Source: Dehalococcoidia bacterium | Lineage (GTDB): Bacteria > Chloroflexota > Dehalococcoidia > DSTF01 > JACRBR01 | Assembly: GCA_041494685.1 (NCBI GenBank) | Contig: JBGQBE010000001.1 | Span: forward strand, 144,286-208,285 | Reading direction: 5' to 3' | DNA length: 64,000 bases | Part shown: piece by piece, positions 57,676 through 64,000 of the stretch | Layout of the letters: each line of letters opens with the position of its first letter | Position numbering within the stretch: position 1 is the first letter of the stretch | Notes under the pieces: model-generated | What the model was told of the DNA's origin: nothing | The model's database searches: none | The model's input: only the letters and a program-made list of their open reading frames with translations | Translations under genes and position numbers: made by a program

Positions 57676-58293
57676 TTATTTGCTTCGCTCTTCCATGATC
57701 TTGTGCTGCAGCGCCAGCAGCCCGTCCATCAGCGCCTCCGGGCGCGGCGGGCACCCCGGAACGTAGACATCCACCGGGATGATCTTGTCCACGCCCTGCA
57801 TCACGCGGTCGTAGCGCGTGTACGGTCCGCCGTTCGTCGCGCAGGCGCCCATCGCGATCACCCACTTCGGGTTCGGCATCTGCTCGTACAGCAGCTTCAC
57901 CGCCGGCGCCATCTTCTTCGTCACCGTGCCCGACACGATCATCACGTCGGACTGTCGCGGCGACGGCCACGGCACGATGCCGAAGCGGTCCAGGTCGTGC
58001 TTCGGCATGAACGTCGCGATCATCTCGATGGCGCAGCACGCGAGGCCGAACGTCATCGGCCAGAGCGACGCCTTGCGCGACACCGCCAGCAGCGCGTCGG
58101 CCGGCACCTGCACGATGCCCGGCAGGATCTGCCGGTACAGCGCCGTGCCCGGCTCGAACGGTGCCGGCGTCAGCCGCTCGGCTTCACGCTCGATCCCGGT
58201 CTTCTCCCGCTCGGGGACGACGACCGGCGCGCCTTCGACCTGCTTCTCTGGGGTCGTCGCCGGCGCGGCCTTCTGCGCGGTTACTTGTTCCAT
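57676..58293 (-). CDS. nuoB: Complex I subunit B (PSST, N2 cluster)
   Basis: ORF 57676..58404 trimmed to [16 protein letters not shown]...CPP Cys ligands. Confidence 0.85.
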   Translation of the reverse strand: MEQVTAQKAAPATTPEKQVEGAPVVVPEREKTGIEREAERLTPAPFEPGTALYRQILPGIVQVPADALLAVSRKASLWPMTFGLACCAIEMIATFMPKHDLDRFGIVPWPSPRQSDVMIVSGTVTKKMAPAVKLLYEQMPNPKWVIAMGACATNGGPYTRYDRVMQGVDKIIPVDVYVPGCPPRPEALMDGLLALQHKIMEERSK

Positions 58294-58655
58294 TGCAGGA
58301 CCCCCTTCTTCCACGCGTACGCCAGCCCCGCGCCCAGGATGCCGATGAACAGCACCATGTCCCAGAACGCCGTGTAGCTGGCGTGAGCGAGGTTGACGGC
58401 CCACGGGAAGAGGAACACCGCCTCCACGTCAAAGATGACGAAGAGGATCGCGAAGATGTAGTAGCGGACGTGGAACTGCGACCGCGTCTGCCCGATCGGC
58501 AGCATGCCGCACTCGTACGAGATCGACTTCCCCTTCTCCTTCGAGAACGGAGCGAAAATGCGGGCCGCGATCAGGGCGGTGGCGACGAGGAAGAACCCGA
58601 TAATGACCGCCAGGAAGACGGCTAGATAGTTGTCGAGCAGAGTGTGGAACGGCAA
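58281..58655 (-). CDS. nuoA: Complex I subunit A
   Basis: 124 aa, 3 TM. Confidence 0.85.
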   Translation of the reverse strand: MPFHTLLDNYLAVFLAVIIGFFLVATALIAARIFAPFSKEKGKSISYECGMLPIGQTRSQFHVRYYIFAILFVIFDVEAVFLFPWAVNLAHASYTAFWDMVLFIGILGAGLAYAWKKGVLQWNK

Positions 58656-58990
58656 GCGATCCTCTTCGGCCCGGACGGCATGTAGCGTGCGCGCAGCATC
58701 AGGAATCCGCTCTCCGCACCCGTGCCCAGGTTCGACGCTATGCTAACAGCGAGTCACCTGTACGTCAATTCACAAACGCCGCCCGGCAGCCCCGATCCGA
58801 ACCCAGGATGCGGGCCTCAGACACCCTCGACCAGCAGCATCTGCGTCCGCCCCGCGCGCTGCCGCATCGCCTTCGGTCCGGCGTAGTCCTCCGGGCCGTT
58901 ATGTCGTACAGCGCCGCTGCCACCGGCCCGATCCATCACCGCCGATATACTCCACCGCACAACCGGCGGCCGCAACCCGGGACCTGGATC

Positions 58991-59971
58991 ATGGATGAGA
59001 TCCTCCGCATCGAAGACCTGCGCGTCGCGTACCACGACCGCGACCGGACGGTGCGCGCCGTGGACGGCGTCAGCCTGTCGCTGCACGGCGGCGAGACCCT
59101 GGCCATCGTCGGCGAGAGCGGCTGCGGCAAGACCACCGCCGCCCTGTCAATCCTCGGCCTCATCAGCGAACCCGGCCGCATCGAGAGCGGCCGCGTCATC
59201 TTCGAGGGTCGCGACCTCCTCACGCTGCCCCGCGCCGAGTTGCGCGCCGTGCGCGGCCGCAGCATCTCGATGATCTTCCAGGATCCGGTATCGGGACTGA
59301 ACCCCGTTATGTCGATCGGCGCGCAGGTCGCGGAGATCCTGCACGCCCACTTGGACATCTCGGGGAAGGAGGCGAAGCTGGCCGCGTTGGACGCGCTGCG
59401 CCGGCAGGGGCTCGCCCAGCCCGAGCGCGTCGCCGCATCGTTGCCGTACCAGCTGTCCGGCGGCATGTGCCAGCGCGTGATGATCGCCATCGCGACGCTG
59501 ATGCGGCCCAGCATCATCATCGCCGACGAGCCGACGTCGGCGTTGGACGTGACCGTGCAGGCCGCCGTCTTGCGCGAGCTGGACGACCTTAAGTCGGCGC
59601 TGGGCGCGTCGATCATCCTCATCACCCACGACCTGGGCGTGGTGGCGCAGATGGCGGACCAGGTGGCGGTGATGTATGCGGGGCGCATCGTGGAGCGGGG
59701 TGCGACGGCGGAGATCTACGCGCGGCCGCGCCACCCGTACACCGCGGCGCTGCTGGCCGCGCGCCCGCGCCTCGACGATCCGGGCCGGTCGCTCGAGCAG
59801 ATACCCGGCGTGCCGCCGGACCTCTCCGATCTCTCCGGCGAGTGCACGTTCGTGCCCCGCTGCCGGAAGGCGCTCAGCGTCTGCCGCAACGAGCCCGCGC
59901 CAGCCCTGGCCGAGATCGAGCCTGCGCACGACGCCGCCTGCTACAACCCCGTGTACCAGCCGGAGCGTTAG
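58991..59971 (+). CDS. Oligopeptide/dipeptide-type ABC transporter ATP-binding protein (OppD/DppD-like), orphan
   Basis: ORF 58808..59971 trimmed to MDEILRIEDL. GESGCGKTT and LSGGMCQRV motifs. C-terminal oligopeptide-ABC extension (PRHPYT...CRF-like). Confidence 0.8.
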   Translation: MDEILRIEDLRVAYHDRDRTVRAVDGVSLSLHGGETLAIVGESGCGKTTAALSILGLISEPGRIESGRVIFEGRDLLTLPRAELRAVRGRSISMIFQDPVSGLNPVMSIGAQVAEILHAHLDISGKEAKLAALDALRRQGLAQPERVAASLPYQLSGGMCQRVMIAIATLMRPSIIIADEPTSALDVTVQAAVLRELDDLKSALGASIILITHDLGVVAQMADQVAVMYAGRIVERGATAEIYARPRHPYTAALLAARPRLDDPGRSLEQIPGVPPDLSDLSGECTFVPRCRKALSVCRNEPAPALAEIEPAHDAACYNPVYQPER

Positions 59972-60050
59972 CAGCGGCGCGGAAGCTCTCCGTGACGCGG
60001 GCTTTCAACCGGCTTGCTCCGTCCGTGCCAGCCGCCATGTGGCACAGCCG

Positions 60051-60073
60051 TCCCCGGCTGTGCAGTGTCGAGG
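60051..60073. repeat. Short GC hairpin repeat GGCACAGCCGTCCCCGGCTGTGC (copy 2)
   Basis: Between the convergent OppD-like and holA genes. Confidence 0.5.
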
Positions 60074-60131
60074 CACCATGTCTGCGACCGGGCCGCGGAC
60101 ATCGTCGCCGGACTTCTGCAACACCCGGCTG

Positions 60132-61169
60132 TTAGCGCGCGTACGCCGGGCGCGACCCCGTTTTCGGCGCGAGCGCGCAGAGTTCGTGGATCAGCAACTG
60201 CAGCGACGACTCGTCGTCCTGGAGGCCGCGCTTCACCGACAGGTCCGCGTCGAGCAGGCGCGCGTAGGCGTCGCGCAGCACCGGCCAGCCGTAGCGTCCC
60301 GCGATAGCCGCGACGTTGGCGACGCGGAACGCCGGCACGCCCGCCGCGCGCGCGACCTCGTCCTGGGGGACGCGGCGGTCGCGCAGATCCTTCACGAGGA
60401 TCAGCTGCCGGTACTGGCGGACGATCATGAACAGCAGCAGCTGCGGCGCTTCGCCGTCGATCAGCAGCCGCCCGAGCGTGGTCAGCGCCTTGCGCTCGTT
60501 GCCCGCGACGATCGCGTCTGCCAGATCCCAGACCTTCGTCTCGCGCGCCGCGCTCACCATCTCGGCGACCAGCGCCTCGTCGATCTGCTCGCCGCCCGCG
60601 TACGTTCCCAGCTTCTCCAGTTCGTTGTGCAGCGCCCAGAGGTCGCCGCCGATCGCTTCCGCCAGCGCGGATACCGCGCCGTCGCTGATCTTCAGCTTCT
60701 TCTCTTTCGCCGACGTCCTGATCCAGCTGCCGACGTCGCCCTTGGCGAGCGGCGCGTACTCTACCGTGCGGGCGATCGGCGCGAAGATCGTGAACGCGGG
60801 ATTGCTCCTGTTCAACTCGCCTTCGACGAACACCAGCGTCGTCGTCTCCGGCATCGTCGCGGAATCGGACAGGATCGCGGCGGCGCGGCGCCACGGCTCC
60901 AGCGGGTCGTCCTCGCCCTTCTTCTTGCGTCCGCCACGCTTCCCCTCGCCCAACGCGCGCAGCAGTCCGTCGACGATCACCAGCCGGTTCGACGCGAGGA
61001 ACGGCACCGCCGTCGCGTGCGCCAGCAGCTCGTCCGCGCCCAGGTCGCGGCCGTCCAGCGACGTCGTGTTGCTGGCGAGCATGTCGTCGTCCGCGGCGAG
61101 GCGATCGCGGATCGCGTGCAGCGCCTTGCGGACCTGATAGTCGTCCTTGCCGTGGAGCAGGTGGATCAC
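60132..61169 (-). CDS. holA: DNA polymerase III delta subunit
   Basis: MIHLLHGKDDYQVRK N-terminus. 345 aa. Confidence 0.8.
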   Translation of the reverse strand: MIHLLHGKDDYQVRKALHAIRDRLAADDDMLASNTTSLDGRDLGADELLAHATAVPFLASNRLVIVDGLLRALGEGKRGGRKKKGEDDPLEPWRRAAAILSDSATMPETTTLVFVEGELNRSNPAFTIFAPIARTVEYAPLAKGDVGSWIRTSAKEKKLKISDGAVSALAEAIGGDLWALHNELEKLGTYAGGEQIDEALVAEMVSAARETKVWDLADAIVAGNERKALTTLGRLLIDGEAPQLLLFMIVRQYRQLILVKDLRDRRVPQDEVARAAGVPAFRVANVAAIAGRYGWPVLRDAYARLLDADLSVKRGLQDDESSLQLLIHELCALAPKTGSRPAYAR

Positions 61170-61276
61170 GCCGCCATTCTACGCCAGCCGGCGGTTACGC
61201 GGACGCGCCGCGCAGGCGGAGCTTGCGCGGCAGTTTCGAGGGGGGTGTTCGTGGGACGATGTCGTATGCAGGCGCG

Positions 61277-61618
61277 CTAGGCGAGCGGCTCCAGGCCGGA
61301 CAGCTCGCAGACGCGCTCGGCTGCCGCCATGAACGTGGTGCCGGTGATGCGGGCGCGGGCGCGGCGGCCGTCAGAAAGACTCAGGATGACCTCGCGGACG
61401 CGGTTCGAGAAGTAGGCCGTCGCGACCATGCCCGGCCGGTCCAGCTGCGTCAGCGTCGCCGTCCAGCCAGCGCCCTGGTCGCGCACGAGCGCAAGCCCGC
61501 CCGTGATCAGGCGTCCCTCGCAGGTCGAAATCGTGGCGGCGAAGGCAGGCGGCGGCGCCGCCGGGGTGCGCGCCGGTGCCGTTGCTTCGGTCTGCTCGAA
61601 CGTGCGAGCCGGGATCAT
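61277..61618 (-). CDS. Hypothetical protein
   Basis: ORF 61277..61654, possible start MIPARTFEQ. No motif. Confidence 0.3.
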   Translation of the reverse strand: MIPARTFEQTEATAPARTPAAPPPAFAATISTCEGRLITGGLALVRDQGAGWTATLTQLDRPGMVATAYFSNRVREVILSLSDGRRARARITGTTFMAAAERVCELSGLEPLA

Positions 61619-61921
61619 CGATCCTCCGCTGATCATGTGCGTGTGGGGGAGCATGCTCCCACCTGCACTCTATACAAGTATCGGTCGCTGATACGTGAAC
61701 CCTGATGAAGTCCGCGTTAATAGGCTGTAAATAGGGGCTGAGAGCGGCATGACCAGGGGAATGGCCGACCGGCAGCAAGGGATGCCCCGGGAGTGCTCCC
61801 ACCATAGCACGTATCGCGGATCCCCGTTCCCGCTTCGGCCAGCGGGCGCTGGACCAGCGGCAGCCTCAACACACCCCGCATGTGTCAGGGCCGCCGCGGG
61901 TCCACCGCCCGCCGGCCGCGA

Positions 61922-62815
61922 CTACATCGCGAGCTGCAGCTGCCCGGCCGACGGCTGGAGCCGCGCCGGTGGCAGCATGTTGTGCTTGCGGCGCAGCCCT
62001 TCGATCGTCCGGTGCACGTCCTGGGTATACGTGCGCGGCGCGAACGGCCCCCGGTAGTAGCGGGCGTAGCGCTCAGACAGGTGCGGGTAGGCCTCCCTCA
62101 GGAACGGCATGAACCACTCCCTCGTGCCCGGCTTCAGATACAGCACGTTGTCGTGGACGAAGTCCGCGCCGTGCTCCCTCGCCGCGACCATCACCCGCTC
62201 CAGGTCCTCCGGGTCGTCGGTAATGCCCGGCAGCACTGGCGCCAGCAGCACGCCGCAGCGAATCCCCCGCCCCGAGAGCAGCCGCATCGCCTCCAGCCGC
62301 TTCGACGGCTTCGCCGTCCCCGGCTCGATGCGCTTCCAGACCTCCTCGTCGAGCGTGGAGATGCTGAAGCAGACCGTCACATCCGCCTCGCGCGAGAGCG
62401 ACTCCAGCACGTCCGCGTCGCGCACGACGAACGGCGACTTCGTGACGATGCTGACCGGGTTCGCGAAGTCGCGCATGACCTTCAGGACGCGGTGCGTGAG
62501 CGAGTACTTCAGCTCCGCCGCCTGGTACGGGTCGCAGGCCGTGCCGATCGAGATCAGCTCCCGCCGCCAGCTTCCGCGGGACAGGTCATGGCGCAGCATC
62601 TCCGGCGCGTTCACCTTCACCACCACCCGCGTCTCGAAGTCACGGCCGGCGTCGTAGCCCAGGTGCTGGTGCGTGCTCCGCGCGAAGCAGTACGTGCAGG
62701 CGTGCTGGCAGCCGCGGTACGGGTTCAGCGACCAGCGGAACGGCAGCATGCCGTTGCCGGGCAGGCGGTGCACCGCGCTCTTGCACTCGATCTCTTCGAA
62801 CATGATGTCAGACAT
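61922..62815 (-). CDS. Radical SAM protein, SplB-like 'DNA repair photolyase' (COG1533 family)
   Basis: ORF 61922..62941 trimmed to MSDIMFEEIE. CQHACTYC (CxxxCxxC) cluster motif. Confidence 0.75.
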   Translation of the reverse strand: MSDIMFEEIECKSAVHRLPGNGMLPFRWSLNPYRGCQHACTYCFARSTHQHLGYDAGRDFETRVVVKVNAPEMLRHDLSRGSWRRELISIGTACDPYQAAELKYSLTHRVLKVMRDFANPVSIVTKSPFVVRDADVLESLSREADVTVCFSISTLDEEVWKRIEPGTAKPSKRLEAMRLLSGRGIRCGVLLAPVLPGITDDPEDLERVMVAAREHGADFVHDNVLYLKPGTREWFMPFLREAYPHLSERYARYYRGPFAPRTYTQDVHRTIEGLRRKHNMLPPARLQPSAGQLQLAM

Positions 62816-62866
62816 TGCGACCTCCAGCACATCCGTTCTAGATGCGGGAGCCTGAATATACGACCA

Positions 62867-62879
62867 GAACATATGTTTG
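62867..62879. promoter_or_regulatory. LexA (Cheo-type) SOS box GAACATATGTTTG
   Basis: One mismatch from the CGAACATATGTTCG / GAAC-N4-GTTC consensus. In the AT-richer divergent promoter between the SplB-like gene and the crotonase gene. Confidence 0.6.
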
Positions 62880-62958
62880 TCAAGGGCGTCCGGCACTGGT
62901 ACGCGCCCCCCGCATCGCCTACGATCGCCCCGCACGTCCATATATACAGGAGGCCCGC

Positions 62959-63873
62959 ATGCAATTCGAGACGATCCAGTACGAGACCGGGGGCGGCGTC
63001 GCCCGCATCACGCTCAACCGCCCGGAGAAGCTGAACGCGCTCTCCTTCAAGCTGCAGCGCGAGCTCAACACCGCGCTCTGGGAGGCGGACAACGACACCG
63101 CCGTCCACTGCATGATCCTGCGCGGCAACGGCCGCGCCTTCTCCGCCGGCTACGACCTGACGCCGCTGCAATCGCCGCCGCCGAAGCGCGAAGGCGACGA
63201 GCAGTACACGACCGCCTACCGCGGCGCGGCGTCGTTGGAGGACGACCTCTGGCAGCTGGAGCGCCAGCAGCGCGAGCGCCTTTCCGTCTGGGACGTCCAC
63301 AAGCCCGTGATCGCCCAGGTGCACGGCTACTGTCTCGCCGGCGGCACGGACCTCGCGCTGCTCTGCGACATCGTCATCGCCGCCGACGACGCCGTCTTCG
63401 GCTTCCCGCCCGTGCGCGCGATGGGCTCGCCGGTCGGCCACATGTGGACCTACCTCGTCGGCCCGCAGTGGGCCAAGTACTTCCTGCTCACCGGCGACAG
63501 CGTCAGCGGGGCGCAGGCCGCGGAGATCGGCCTCGTCTTCAAATCGGTGCCGCCGGACGCGCTGGAGGCCGAAGTCGAAGCCCTGGCCGCGAAGATGGCG
63601 AAGATCGACGTGGAGCTGCTCGCCCCCAACAAGCGCATCGTCAACATCGCGATGGAGATGATGGGCGCCCGCACCGTCCAGCGCATGGCGGCCGAGATTG
63701 ACGCACGCGCGCACCAGGCGCCGGCCGTGCGCGAGTTCGGCCGCCGCGCGATGACCGAGGGCCTGAAGGCGGCGCTCGAGTGGCGCGACAGCAAGTTCGG
63801 CGACGGACGCGCCGCCGACGACTACCAGCGCCGCCGCGCCGAACAGGAAGCGCGCCTCCGCCACGAGGAGTAG
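62959..63873 (+). CDS. Enoyl-CoA hydratase/isomerase family protein
   Basis: AGGAGG RBS. MQFETIQYETGGGVARITLNRPEKLNAL. ORF 62842..63873 trimmed. Confidence 0.85.
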   Translation: MQFETIQYETGGGVARITLNRPEKLNALSFKLQRELNTALWEADNDTAVHCMILRGNGRAFSAGYDLTPLQSPPPKREGDEQYTTAYRGAASLEDDLWQLERQQRERLSVWDVHKPVIAQVHGYCLAGGTDLALLCDIVIAADDAVFGFPPVRAMGSPVGHMWTYLVGPQWAKYFLLTGDSVSGAQAAEIGLVFKSVPPDALEAEVEALAAKMAKIDVELLAPNKRIVNIAMEMMGARTVQRMAAEIDARAHQAPAVREFGRRAMTEGLKAALEWRDSKFGDGRAADDYQRRRAEQEARLRHEE

Positions 63874-64000
63874 CGGCGGCAGGCGCACCCGCACACAACA
63901 AACGAGGCGGCCGCGCGATGCGGCCGCCGCGTAGCATCTCGCGGACCGGCGCTACGCCGCGGCCGCCAGCTCGGGCACGTCGCGGTCGAGCCAGAGGCAC

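Noticed and set aside
59147-61280. ORFs 59147..59929 (-), 59676..61280 (+) 534 aa, 59968..60894 (-)
   Set aside because: Alternate frames of the OppD-like gene and holA. Low complexity.
61880-63894. ORFs 61880..63034 (+) and 62725..63894 (-)
   Set aside because: Antisense to the radical-SAM gene and the crotonase respectively. Arg/Ala/Val-rich.

Overview
High-GC (~70%) bacterial chromosomal segment, densely coding on both strands; the gene content and motifs would fit a Chloroflexota- or Actinomycetota-like organism, but I cannot place it firmly. My manually derived coordinates may be off by 1-3 nt; coordinates taken from the supplied ORF track are exact. Many long ORFs in the track are antisense or alternate-frame artefacts typical of high-GC DNA and were rejected. 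Main features, by position:
- 1..1967 (-): a partial gene on a lower-GC (~55-58%) island that the ORF track missed because it runs off the window edge. It encodes an Mrr-like PD-(D/E)xK nuclease fused to a P-loop STAND/AAA-type NTPase and a long helical C-terminus, i.e. an Avs/NLR-like antiphage candidate. This is the most interesting element in the window.
- 2229..8415: a polyprenyl-phosphate-sugar glycosylation module (ArnT/PMT-like GT-C, GT4, flippase-like UPF0104 protein, DPM1/ArnC-like GT2) with an adjacent SAM methyltransferase.
- 9302..12288: enoyl-CoA hydratase, an LEH/SnoaL-like protein, a DUF190 protein and crcB on the minus strand with a clear fluoride riboswitch upstream of crcB, and an aquaporin upstream of that.
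- 12401..13213: a VapBC toxin-antitoxin pair with a textbook sigma70 promoter.
- 13312..19551 and 44154..45560: gltD-gltB (glutamate synthase) and glnA (glutamine synthetase), whose upstream regions share a candidate operator motif.
- 20304..27171: a complete sufR-sufC-sufB-sufD-Rieske-sufS-sufU-sufT operon.
- 27317..29263: a ZIP metal transporter and a thioredoxin-like Tat lipoprotein.
- 29363..32772: ligD (PE-Lig-Pol) translationally coupled to a small CDF-like membrane protein.
- 33329..38581: etfBA, then an apbE operon with tandemly duplicated Pro-rich single-pass membrane proteins coupled to a ferric-reductase-like heme-b membrane protein.
- 38598..43500: LOG-family protein, SnoaL-like protein, a membrane-anchored hypothetical, a RIO1-type kinase and a GH4 glycosidase.
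- 45666..48470: DevCA-like ABC permease/ATPase pair and a tandem-duplicated double-GNAT acetyltransferase.
- 48534..58655: an 11-gene complex I operon (nuoABCDHIJKLMN) lacking nuoEFG.
- 58991..63873: an orphan OppD-like ATPase, holA, and a Cheo-type LexA box (GAACATATGTTTG) upstream of a radical-SAM SplB-like DNA repair photolyase and a divergent crotonase.
Two families of small dispersed intergenic repeats are also present. No rRNA, tRNA or CRISPR arrays were seen.
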